Of a DNA stretch of 20,000 nt, positions 7,404-16,144 are shown piece by piece; within the stretch, counting starts at the first letter, position 1, and every line of letters starts with the position of its first letter. The notes beneath the pieces were generated by a model, which had not been told where the DNA came from, ran no database searches, and saw only the letters and a program-made list of their open reading frames with translations. The DNA lies in the sequence record SRR31156797_4650; one strand, 5' to 3'. Position numbers and translations under genes: made by a program.

Positions 7404-10043
7404 TCATGACTGTTGCCGTGCCGGCTCGTCAGGGAAAAACCATCGTGTTGCAATCGTTATTATGGCGGGCATGGCGACAAGGGTCAGCACACCTGAGAGC
7501 ATCATTATGGCCGACAAGAGCATGCTTGTTGTCTGATAAGGAACAAGAGATGAGATCAACAAAGGTAAGAAACCAATGGCAATGACAAGCACATTTCGAC
7601 TGATGGCTCTTGCAGGAGCACCAAACATGCGAGGCAATGTTTTTTCCCATGAGCCAGTCGTTGAGTGAATGGAACGGCATCGCTCCACAAAATGAATCGC
7701 AAAGTCAACGGACATGCCAAGTGTCAGCACACCGAGAACAGCCACGGGCATGTCATAATCTTTGCCGATGATGCCGATAAATCCATAAATGAGTGAGATG
7801 GTCATGGTCAGCGGAATCATGCACAACAACCCCCACTTCAAAGAACGGAATAAAAAGACGGTCATAAGAAGAACAATGCCGAAGCTGCCGACAAATGAAC
7901 GCAACATACCCTCAACCATCTGGCTCTGCCAGGCGACATTGATGTAGGTAAGCCCAGCCCATCGGTGGGACAATTCAACTGGCGGTGGATTACTCCTGAA
8001 GTACCCGTCAACAAACGTCTCAACGGCCTCCATCACCTTATTGTCACCGCTTGCGAGTTGGAAAACCGTGCAGGCACTGGAGTAATCAGGCGTTACAAAA
8101 TGCCACAAATCATGTGGACGATGGCTCTGCTGGTACTGCATGTAGCATTCACCAACGCTTTGTAATTTTTCCGGGATACGATAATTGGAATTCTTACCGT
8201 CGATCATTTCCTGATTAATCTTGCTGACCACGTCTGCGGAAGAAACACTTTTCCCGACCAATCCTTGACTTTGAAGCTGATCCTGCAAGCGGACAATATA
8301 GTCGAGTACCTCCGGCTGTTTAAAAGGCTTCCTCCTTTCTTTTTCAAGGCTGAAGAAATTGCGGTATTCCTCAAAGGCAAAATAATCGTCATCAGACTCC
8401 GCAGCTTCGGCACGCTTTGCAGCAAGCGCGATGGCCGAATCCAAAAAAGACTCACCCTGAGCATAGGAAGTTTTCGCCCGCAGTATTTTCATTAACTGGT
8501 CCGCCAAACGGCCAGACTGGTTGCCCCCCTCGACCTCGCGAGAGAAAGCGGTAAAACGACGACTGATTTCATACTGTTCTTTATCAGTGACTGTCTGACC
8601 TTTTTCGCCTTCAAGTATGAGATAGGCGGGATAAGTCCCCTCAAAATGCTTATTCAAAGAGGTGTCCGCTTTACGTATGGGGTGGCTTTCAGCAAACCAT
8701 TTCACAGGGTTATCATTAATCCTGATTTTACTGATACCCCACACCGAAATCACCAAAAGAACTCCAAACAAAAGCATAAGAGGTTTTGCATGTTTGAAAG
8801 AGACCTGCCCAGTACGGACAAGCAATTTGGAAAGGGGGGAGGGATTTTGTTCCAATTTTACGGCAAAGCCAAAATTTGCAAAGGCCCTTTTAGGAAGTGC
8901 CATGATAAACGCCGGTACAAACATTATGGTCAACAGCCATGCAATCATAATCCCCGCACCCACGAACACACCGAAAACCTGCACCGGTGGTATGGGTGTC
9001 AGAGCCAAAGACATAAAGCCGGCGGCCGAAGTAAGTGATGTATAAAGCATGGGCATAAAAAGCGTTCCCAACACTTCACGTATTGTCGTATTACGTCCTT
9101 TTTCAGCTGTGTATGAGTCAAAAAATTCCGAAAGAATATGAATAGAGTCCACTACCGCAATCGACATAAGAAAGACCGGTATCATGGAGCTCATAATATG
9201 GACTTTAAAACCAAGCCCGATCATAAATCCCATTGTTATGACGACCGAAAACGTCGCAATAATCATGGGCAAAATAGTCAACGATAGTTTTCTGAAAAAG
9301 AAATATAAAAGAAGAAAAATGGTAGCCATGGCCAATGGGGAAGACACCATCATTTCCGTGAACATTTCAACGCCAATGGCATCCTGTGCCACGGGAAGGC
9401 CCGTGATATGGACCTCATCATCCATACCCATTGTCGCGACTTTTTCATTCAGCGCATTATAAACTCTGTAACTCAACCGCTTGTCAGTCAGCGGCAAGTA
9501 CAAGCATATGGCTTCTCCATCAGCAGAGGCCAACCGCCCTGCCAGCATCGGATTGGACATTATTCGTTCGCGTACACGTAAGGCTTCTTCCCGAGTGTCT
9601 GGAGGATGAGGCATGAGCCAATCAAACGATACAGTCCCCGGCTCGGCCTGACTTATGTGCTCCACAAGTGACGGAGAAATCATGTCAACACTGATGACGC
9701 CTTCACTTTTCCCTAAAGCGTCATCAGACTTCCACCGCAGAGTCTTCGCATATCGAGCAAGCTCATAAATATTACTTAAGGTTTTCGGATTGAAAACTCC
9801 GTCAGGATCCTTTTCATTCACAATTCCGAGGACAACAATTTCAGAGAGATTAAACGTTTCTTTGGCCTGATTGTGAAACAATCTGGACGGCTCGTTTTCC
9901 GGCAGCATATGCTCCGGGTCCGTATCGATTTGCACCTGAGGGAAAAACGATCCTGCAATAACAGCCACAAGGAACGTCATCAGAATTGTTGTTTTGTAAT
10001 GGCTGACAGCAAAAGCCACCATTGAATTCTTGATTCGTTTCAT
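7404..10043 (-). CDS. MMPL-type RND transporter
   Basis: Two repeats of TM + periplasmic domain + 5 TM. Conserved Asp motifs IAVVDSIH and MSVDFAIH. ATG 10043 follows a GAGGA RBS. Confidence 0.93.
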   Translation of the reverse strand: MKRIKNSMVAFAVSHYKTTILMTFLVAVIAGSFFPQVQIDTDPEHMLPENEPSRLFHNQAKETFNLSEIVVLGIVNEKDPDGVFNPKTLSNIYELARYAKTLRWKSDDALGKSEGVISVDMISPSLVEHISQAEPGTVSFDWLMPHPPDTREEALRVRERIMSNPMLAGRLASADGEAICLYLPLTDKRLSYRVYNALNEKVATMGMDDEVHITGLPVAQDAIGVEMFTEMMVSSPLAMATIFLLLYFFFRKLSLTILPMIIATFSVVITMGFMIGLGFKVHIMSSMIPVFLMSIAVVDSIHILSEFFDSYTAEKGRNTTIREVLGTLFMPMLYTSLTSAAGFMSLALTPIPPVQVFGVFVGAGIMIAWLLTIMFVPAFIMALPKRAFANFGFAVKLEQNPSPLSKLLVRTGQVSFKHAKPLMLLFGVLLVISVWGISKIRINDNPVKWFAESHPIRKADTSLNKHFEGTYPAYLILEGEKGQTVTDKEQYEISRRFTAFSREVEGGNQSGRLADQLMKILRAKTSYAQGESFLDSAIALAAKRAEAAESDDDYFAFEEYRNFFSLEKERRKPFKQPEVLDYIVRLQDQLQSQGLVGKSVSSADVVSKINQEMIDGKNSNYRIPEKLQSVGECYMQYQQSHRPHDLWHFVTPDYSSACTVFQLASGDNKVMEAVETFVDGYFRSNPPPVELSHRWAGLTYINVAWQSQMVEGMLRSFVGSFGIVLLMTVFLFRSLKWGLLCMIPLTMTISLIYGFIGIIGKDYDMPVAVLGVLTLGMSVDFAIHFVERCRSIHSTTGSWEKTLPRMFGAPARAISRNVLVIAIGFLPLLISSLVPYQTTSMLLSAIMMLSGVLTLVAMPAIITIATRWFFPDEPARQQS

Positions 10044-10175
10044 TTCTTTCCTCAACAAGATTTAATAGATGGCCCGACTTGACTTTCTCGTCGGGGTTGG
10101 CTTCAGAGTACAATGGTAAAGCGACTTAACCATTGTCGTAAAAAAAGAGACATTGATCACCAAAGCCCCCTTCAG

Positions 10176-10190
10176 TGATTTTGATTATCA
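10176..10190. promoter_or_regulatory. Fur-like box upstream of the MMPL operon
   Basis: TGATTTTGATTATCA matches the 7-1-7 TGATAAT-N-ATTATCA at 12/14. It is identical to the araC box core TGATTTTCATTATCA (5156-5170) except at the central base. Confidence 0.7.
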
Positions 10191-10207
10191 ATGCTTCTGC
10201 AGGGACA

Positions 10208-10236
10208 GGTATACGGACGCGTTTACTTGAAGTCAA
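10208..10236 (-). promoter_or_regulatory. Putative sigma70 promoter of the MMPL operon with an overlapping TetR-type operator
   Basis: TTGACT (10236-10231), 17-bp spacer, TATACC (10213-10208). The imperfect palindrome GTATAC-N6-GTTTAC at 10209-10226 covers the spacer and -10. Confidence 0.6.
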
Positions 10237-10390
10237 GCAAAAAACACCGTACTTAAATTCACGCCAAACAATTATATTTTTCCAATATAAACAAACTATT
10301 ACTGGGATAGTCACGTTAAAATCCATAGAAATATACATTATGTAGCATCAAGTCTGGACGAATAATACGCCGACCATTATAAGGATTGAT

Positions 10391-10987
10391 ATGAAAACGA
10401 TGAGCAAAAAACAGTTGGATATTATCCTTGCAGCAAGCATTGAATTCGAAAGACACGGGTTTTCCGGCACAAGTATGGAAAAAATTGCAACTGAAGCCGA
10501 AGTGTCCAAAAGAACACTGTACAAGTATTACGGAAGCAAAGAAGCCGTCTTTTCAGCTATAATACAATACCTCCAGCAAAGCGCCATATTGGAGCAATGT
10601 CCTCAATACCGGCCAGAAGTCCCTCTCAAAGAACAGCTTGTAGAAGTCATTTACACCATGCTTCTCCACCTGAACGAAGAAGAACACATTCGGCTTGCCC
10701 GAATAATAATTTCGGAAGTGGGCAGAAAACCAGAACTCAGTGACATTCTTTCCGACACTGTCGATTTTACAAGCAACGCACCATTTGAATGGATACGCTC
10801 GGCTATTGATGATGGCAGCCTGCGTCAGGTCGACCCAACAAAAGCACTGACACATCTGACCGCCCTGATAAAATCAAGTGGCTTATGGCCACAAATCATC
10901 TTCTATGCCCCATCACTGAGCGAAAAAGAAATGCACGACTATTCAATAGAATACGCCGACTTTTTCTTGAGTTATTACCAGAATTAA
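10391..10987 (+). CDS. TetR/AcrR-family transcriptional regulator
   Basis: N-terminal HTH GFSGTSMEKIATEAEVSKRTLYKYYGSKEAVF. TAAGGA RBS. Divergent from the MMPL operon. Confidence 0.95.
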   Translation: MKTMSKKQLDIILAASIEFERHGFSGTSMEKIATEAEVSKRTLYKYYGSKEAVFSAIIQYLQQSAILEQCPQYRPEVPLKEQLVEVIYTMLLHLNEEEHIRLARIIISEVGRKPELSDILSDTVDFTSNAPFEWIRSAIDDGSLRQVDPTKALTHLTALIKSSGLWPQIIFYAPSLSEKEMHDYSIEYADFFLSYYQN

Positions 10988-11084
10988 GAGCACTGAAATT
11001 TCCTACGAAATATCTACAATAAACAATTCATGTTGGTAGCCACTACAAAAGACCAATGAATAAAAACCATTTTTTTATTGACAA

Positions 11085-11101
11085 CGTATGGAGTCCATAC
11101 G
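11085..11101. promoter_or_regulatory. Palindromic operator 1 (probable MarR site) in the marR promoter
   Basis: Perfect 7-3-7 palindrome CGTATGG-AGT-CCATACG just downstream of TTGACA (11078-11083). Confidence 0.85.
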
Positions 11102-11112
11102 ATGTTTCTTGC

Positions 11113-11550
11113 ATGAATTCCATAATCGAAAAATACATGATGCTGGTTGAAAAAATTTCAAATACGACAAAAACATTCAAAACCTTTGACACGAATGTGA
11201 ATATATACCGTAGCGAAATCCATATCATTCAATTAATCGGTGACCGTGAAGGGATGCACATTTCGGAAATATCCCGACTGATCGGTGTAACCAAGGGGAC
11301 AGTCTCACAAATAGTAAAACGGCTGGAGAAAAAAGGATTGGCTGAAAAACACATAGATAAAGACAATAACACCCGCCAGCTCGTCAACTTAACTGACAAA
11401 GGAATTATTGCATATAATGCCCACGTCAATTTCCATATACACCAACACAAAAAGATGGAAATTTTCTTGCAATCATTAACTCCTGAAAACCGAATAGTTT
11501 TGAATAGCTTTCTTGAGAAGGCCTACGATATGATCGAAGATCATTTGTAA
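11113..11550 (+). CDS. MarR-family transcriptional regulator (start probably 11113, not 11056)
   Basis: Winged-HTH SEIHIIQLIG...ISEISRLIGVTKGTVSQIVKRLEKKGLAEK...DNNTRQLVNLTDKG. The 11056 extension runs through the -35 element and operator. Confidence 0.92.
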   Translation: MNSIIEKYMMLVEKISNTTKTFKTFDTNVNIYRSEIHIIQLIGDREGMHISEISRLIGVTKGTVSQIVKRLEKKGLAEKHIDKDNNTRQLVNLTDKGIIAYNAHVNFHIHQHKKMEIFLQSLTPENRIVLNSFLEKAYDMIEDHL

Positions 11551-11566
11551 TTTTTTTTACCCCAAA

Positions 11567-11583
11567 CGTATGGACACCATACG
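11567..11583. promoter_or_regulatory. Palindromic operator 2 (probable MarR site) upstream of the MFS gene
   Basis: Perfect 7-3-7 palindrome CGTATGG-ACA-CCATACG. Identical to operator 1 at 19/21 including flanks. Confidence 0.85.
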
Positions 11584-11601
11584 ATAGTTCAAAGGAAGAA
11601 A

Positions 11602-12801
11602 ATGATAAAAAATGAAAAACGAATTATCTGGATTGCGGCACTCATCCAACTCGTCAACCTTATTGACTTCATGATGGTTATGCCATTGGGACCGGACATA
11701 TCAAAAGACTTACCGATAACAAACTCCGACATAGGCCTTATCTGCGGATGCTATACTCTGGCCGTTGGCTTATCGGGTATAATCTGCGCAAAATTTCTTG
11801 ATAAATTTGATCGAAAAAAAGTTGCTCTTGTGACTGTTTTCGGCCTCTCCATTGCCACACTCAGCACGACTCTTTGCTGGAATTTACCAACAATGATCGG
11901 TGCTCGAATTATTGCAGGACTATTCGGTGGGCCTGCTGCGGCTATTGCTTTTTCCATCGTTTGCGATGTGGTCCCCCCAGAAAGACGGGGCAAGGCAATG
12001 GCCATTATTATGGGAACTTTTTCAATATCATCCATCGCCGCCATTCCGTTTGGATTGGAATTGGCTGAAAAAGGCTCCTGGAGAACACCTTTCTATGCCA
12101 TTTCCCTCCTCGGCTTCATTGCATTATGGCTTGTTAGTCAATTTACCCCTTCCATGAAAGGACATTTAAAAGGAATCAAGCAGCCAATTTCTCTTTTTAA
12201 GATACTTTCCAATACCAAGTACATGTTGGCTTTTTTTATGATGACAACAGCCATGATCTCATCATACGCAATTATTCCAAACATTTCTGCCTACTTTCAA
12301 CTCAATCTCGATTACCCTCGGTCTTCACTTGGATTTCTCTATCTTGTGGGTGGAATTTTCAGCCTTATTTTGATCCAAATCGGAGGGAGGGCTTCAGACA
12401 AAATCGGTCCGATCCCAACAAATATCGTGGGAACCATTCTGCTGGTACTTTTTCTCTATGACGGTTTTATGCATCAACCACAGTCCTCCCCTTTAATTGT
12501 TTTCATCATGTTTATGGGAATGGTATGCTTTAGAAATATTTCAGCAACGACTGAAGCCTCCAAGCTTCCAAAGCCCTATGAACGCGCTGCTTTTATGTCC
12601 CTTTTCTCCTCCATGCAACATTTAGGAAACGGAATTGGAGCATTGTTATCTTCGGTAATCCTGACGACTGGCCCTCATGGGAATTTAATCAACATGAGAT
12701 GGGTTGCCCTCCTTGCAATAGGAATGACTTTATTTCAACCTTTCGTTCTTATACTAATACGTCAATCTAATAGTTCCCAAGGAAAAGCAGTAATAGCGTA
12801 A
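11602..12801 (+). CDS. MFS efflux transporter (DHA1-like)
   Basis: About 12 TM segments. Motifs LIDFMMVMPLGP, motif A-like DKFDRKK, ARIIAGLFGG and DVVPPERRGKAM. AAGGA RBS. Confidence 0.92.
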   Translation: MIKNEKRIIWIAALIQLVNLIDFMMVMPLGPDISKDLPITNSDIGLICGCYTLAVGLSGIICAKFLDKFDRKKVALVTVFGLSIATLSTTLCWNLPTMIGARIIAGLFGGPAAAIAFSIVCDVVPPERRGKAMAIIMGTFSISSIAAIPFGLELAEKGSWRTPFYAISLLGFIALWLVSQFTPSMKGHLKGIKQPISLFKILSNTKYMLAFFMMTTAMISSYAIIPNISAYFQLNLDYPRSSLGFLYLVGGIFSLILIQIGGRASDKIGPIPTNIVGTILLVLFLYDGFMHQPQSSPLIVFIMFMGMVCFRNISATTEASKLPKPYERAAFMSLFSSMQHLGNGIGALLSSVILTTGPHGNLINMRWVALLAIGMTLFQPFVLILIRQSNSSQGKAVIA

Positions 12802-12885
12802 ATACACTTGAACACCCAAAAGTGCTTCCTGGATTTATTAACTTAGAAGGCCCATTACTCAATAAACCGCTTCATTATCATTAAA

Positions 12886-12923
12886 AAAGAGAGAATTCAG
12901 ATAATCATCTGAATCCTCTCTTT
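12886..12923. terminator. Intrinsic terminator hairpin downstream of the MFS gene
   Basis: AAAGAGAGAATTCAGAT-aatc-ATCTGAATCCTCTCTTT with one mismatch, flanked by A/T runs. Confidence 0.7.
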
Positions 12924-12947
12924 AATTTTCCTTTGTAATGCACGGCT

Positions 12948-12990
12948 AAAAAAAGACCGACCACGCTGAGTAAAATCAGCATGGTCGGTT
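12948..12990 (-). terminator. Intrinsic terminator of the proVWX operon
   Basis: Minus strand AACCGACCATGCTGA-ttttac-TCAGCGTGGTCGGTC followed by T7. Confidence 0.85.
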
Positions 12991-13063
12991 TATTAAGAAC
13001 TAAACCTTATACAGAGATCGTCTCAAGATGAGGAGCCCCCTGCAGTGAAGCTTGAAGAACTTT

Positions 13064-14068
13064 TTATTGAGCAGCCTTACGGGCGCTGTCGAGCCAGCCG
13101 TCCCATTTGGCTTGATTGTTGGCAATCCATTCATCCACATGCTTTGCGATATCCCTATCGGACTTCTCGCCTTCGTTCATGCGGGTATTCTGAGCGCTGA
13201 CGTCACCAATGGTCAGTTTGAAATTGGTCAGGAAGGTTGCTGCTGCCGGGTTTTCTTCAAGGAATTTCTTATTCGCCACAACGGTAATGTCGTAGACCAT
13301 GAAACCATTCCGCAAGGGATCAGAAACAGCGCCTTCGATACCGGAGACTTCCCCGGCGGTATCACCATCGGCAGGAACATTGATCCACATGACGTCCTTA
13401 CCGGGCTTAAACTTGAAGACAGTCCAGTTGGGAGTCCAAGTATAAAAGAAAACGGGCTTGCCTGCTTTGTAAGCACCCAAGGCAGATGCCATGCCAGCTT
13501 CATAAGCAGCCTTGACGGGATTGATGTGATCGCTCAGGTCAAATGCCTTCATGTGCTGGGCAATGACTTTTTCACAACCCCAGCCCGGAGGGCATGCAAT
13601 AAGGTCGGCTTTGCCATCATCGTTCAAGTCAAATGCTTTTTTAACTTCTGGACGTTTGAAGTCGTCGAGAGATTTGATATTATACTTTTCAACTTCTTTT
13701 TTTGAGACGAGGTAGCCTTGCAGTCCGCCAGCTTTGATGATGGGATCAAGGATCACGGCTTTTTTAGCGAAATTCTTTGGAAGCTGTTCGTTGTGCAGCG
13801 GAAAGTTGCCGTTGCACCAATAGTCGATGTCTCCCAGATAGATGGACTTGTAGGCAATGGGGTTGGTAAGATCTTTTGCTTTTTTGATCTTGTAGCCCAA
13901 GTCTTCCAAACCGCGGCGAGCCAAAGCTTCCTGGAAAAATCCGGTATTCCAGGTTGCACGGGCAGGCGTCAGCGTAACACCTTTACCCGGCTTCATTTCC
14001 ATTGCCATGGCAGAGGACACGATCAGAACCGCACAAATTGCGGCGAGGGTCATCTTCAACAGTTTCAT
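13064..14068 (-). CDS. proX: Glycine betaine/proline-type ABC transporter substrate-binding protein
   Basis: Signal peptide. ProX motifs GLQGYLVSKK, DGKADLIACPPGWGC and FFYTWTPNW. Last gene of the proV-proW operon. Confidence 0.9.
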   Translation of the reverse strand: MKLLKMTLAAICAVLIVSSAMAMEMKPGKGVTLTPARATWNTGFFQEALARRGLEDLGYKIKKAKDLTNPIAYKSIYLGDIDYWCNGNFPLHNEQLPKNFAKKAVILDPIIKAGGLQGYLVSKKEVEKYNIKSLDDFKRPEVKKAFDLNDDGKADLIACPPGWGCEKVIAQHMKAFDLSDHINPVKAAYEAGMASALGAYKAGKPVFFYTWTPNWTVFKFKPGKDVMWINVPADGDTAGEVSGIEGAVSDPLRNGFMVYDITVVANKKFLEENPAAATFLTNFKLTIGDVSAQNTRMNEGEKSDRDIAKHVDEWIANNQAKWDGWLDSARKAAQ

Positions 14069-14093
14069 GGAACCTCCTCAGATTCTATTTTTA

Positions 14094-14924
14094 TTACTTT
14101 TTTTGAGCAATTGATTGGGTGATGCGATCTAGCACGATGGCCATGAGTACAATACCGACGCCACCGACCACAGCACGACCGATATCCAACGTATTTAAAC
14201 CGAGAATAACCGGGGAGCCAAGGCCGCCGGCACCAATAAGTGCCGCAATGACCACCATGGAAAGCGCCATCATTATGGTTTGGTTCAGGCCAGCCAAGAT
14301 AGTCGGCATAGCAAGAGGAATTTGTACCTTAACCAAGACCTGCCAACGGTTGGCGCCAAAGGCTTGCGCGGCTTCGATCAACTCAGGGTGAACCTGCCGT
14401 ATTCCCAATCCTGTTAATCTGATTATTGGGGGCAACGCAAAGATTATGGTTGCAAGAACACCAGCCACGTTACCCACGGAAAAAAGCATGACGATGGGAA
14501 CAAGATAAACAAATGCTGGCGTGGTTTGCATGGCGTCTAACACTGGTCTAAGCGCGGCTTCGAAGTTATCACTTCGACCAGCCATGATGCCAAGCGGTAC
14601 ACCTATTACGGTGCAAACGATCACTGACGCCAATACCATGGCCAAAGTCACCATGGCATCTTCCCAAAGTCCCAAAAATCCAATCAGTAGCATTGCCAGA
14701 TAGCTGAATACCGCAAGTCGTTTTCCAGAGAATTTTAATGCAACAAGGGAAATAATAAGTATCACAATAAGCGGATGCAGACTGGTAAGCCCCTGTTCAA
14801 ATCCGTTAAGCATTTGTTCGATAGGCCACTTGAGAAGTTGAAAAACTTCCCTATAATCGTCCACAAGCCAGTCGACAAGGGTGGTAACCCATCGATCAAG
14901 AGGAATTATCGCTTCTTCAAACAT
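14094..14924 (-). CDS. proW: Glycine betaine/proline ABC transporter permease
   Basis: RPVLDAMQTTPAFVYLVP, EAA loop (ELIEAAQAFGA) and NQTIMMALSMVVIA. Confidence 0.95.
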   Translation of the reverse strand: MFEEAIIPLDRWVTTLVDWLVDDYREVFQLLKWPIEQMLNGFEQGLTSLHPLIVILIISLVALKFSGKRLAVFSYLAMLLIGFLGLWEDAMVTLAMVLASVIVCTVIGVPLGIMAGRSDNFEAALRPVLDAMQTTPAFVYLVPIVMLFSVGNVAGVLATIIFALPPIIRLTGLGIRQVHPELIEAAQAFGANRWQVLVKVQIPLAMPTILAGLNQTIMMALSMVVIAALIGAGGLGSPVILGLNTLDIGRAVVGGVGIVLMAIVLDRITQSIAQKK

Positions 14925-14926
14925 CG

Positions 14927-16144
14927 TTATACTCCCGGATTCTGGATAGCTTCTTCCGCATAATGCAGAGTTCGCAAAAAGCGGTTTTTGGAAACCACCC
15001 CTTTATAGACACCGTCGGCATCAATCACTGGGACGGGCCAAGGGCTGGATGCTATCATGGGAAGGATATCCTGCATTGATTCATCAAAATTTACCGGTTC
15101 GGCATCTTCAATGTAGGCTTGACTGACAGGTTGATCAGGCAGTCCTTTTTCCAAGGCTTCCCGGATACTTTCGGACGATATGACGCCAAGCAGTCGATGC
15201 TTTGTGTCGAGAACATACCCATTCTCTCGATCGCTTCTGCTAAGTATTTCATGAGCCGTGCGAAGACTTCCTTCCCGGGTAATGACAATGGTAGGGTGCG
15301 TATCGCTGACGATATCCCCTGCACTGATAACATTTGTTGGGTCAACGCCCCGGAAAAAGGCCCGAACGTAGTCATTTGCCGGGTTTTGTAAAATTTCATC
15401 AGGAGTACCCACCTGCACGACATTGCCGCCTTCCATAATGGCGATTCTGTCGCCAATACGAAGGGCTTCGTCGAGATCGTGAGAAATAAAAACGATAGTG
15501 CGCTCCTGTTCTTCCTGCAACTTGAGCAACTCGTCCTGCATCTCGGTTCGAATAAGTGGATCCAATGCAGAGAAAGCCTCATCCATCAGTAAAATGTCAG
15601 GGTCAACGGCCAAGCCTCGAGCCAACCCGACGCGCTGTTGCATGCCGCCACTGAGTTGATCGGGGTATTGATCTTCCCAACCCGCCAGTCCGACCTGGGT
15701 CAGAGCCTCTTGGGCTCGTTGGTACCGTTTTTCTTTGTCTACTCCGGCCAACTCCAGGCCGAACGCAGCATTATCAAGAACAGTTTGGTGGGGCATAAGA
15801 GCAAACGACTGAAAAACCATGCTCATATTGTAGAGTCGAAATTTGACCAACTCATCATTGTTCATGGCTGTGATATCTTGCCCGTCTACAAACACCTGAC
15901 CTGCGGTTGGTTCAATGAGCCTGTTGAGCATGCGGACGATGGTGGACTTGCCTGAGCCGGATAAACCCATGATGACAAATATCTCTCCTGCTTCAATCGA
16001 AAAGGAGGCATTATTCACACCGACAGTCATGCCCGTTTTGTCAAGGACAGACTGTTTGTCAAAACCGTCATTAAGCATGGTCAGAGCTTTTTGTGGCTTG
16101 TTGCCAAATATTTTGTAAAGATTTTCAACGCGAATTTTTTCCAT
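14927..16144 (-). CDS. proV: Glycine betaine/proline ABC transporter ATP-binding subunit with C-terminal CBS domains
   Basis: Walker A GLSGSGKS, signature LSGGMQQRVGLAR, and DEAFSALDPLIRTEMQDEL. ATG 16144 follows a GGAG RBS. Confidence 0.95.
   Translation of the reverse strand: MEKIRVENLYKIFGNKPQKALTMLNDGFDKQSVLDKTGMTVGVNNASFSIEAGEIFVIMGLSGSGKSTIVRMLNRLIEPTAGQVFVDGQDITAMNNDELVKFRLYNMSMVFQSFALMPHQTVLDNAAFGLELAGVDKEKRYQRAQEALTQVGLAGWEDQYPDQLSGGMQQRVGLARGLAVDPDILLMDEAFSALDPLIRTEMQDELLKLQEEQERTIVFISHDLDEALRIGDRIAIMEGGNVVQVGTPDEILQNPANDYVRAFFRGVDPTNVISAGDIVSDTHPTIVITREGSLRTAHEILSRSDRENGYVLDTKHRLLGVISSESIREALEKGLPDQPVSQAYIEDAEPVNFDESMQDILPMIASSPWPVPVIDADGVYKGVVSKNRFLRTLHYAEEAIQNPGV

Noticed and set aside
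7367-7453. N-terminal extension of the LolA-like ORF
   Set aside because: Overlaps the MMPL 3' end. A clear signal peptide starts at ATG 7366.
10126-10338. 70-aa minus-strand ORF in the mmpL-tetR intergenic region
   Set aside because: No RBS or motif, and it runs across the predicted promoter, operator and Fur-like box.
12871-12882. TTCATTATCATT, a Fur-like half-site
   Set aside because: Only a half-site, and it lies between convergent gene ends.
13052-13705. 217-aa plus-strand ORF
   Set aside because: Antisense shadow of proX.
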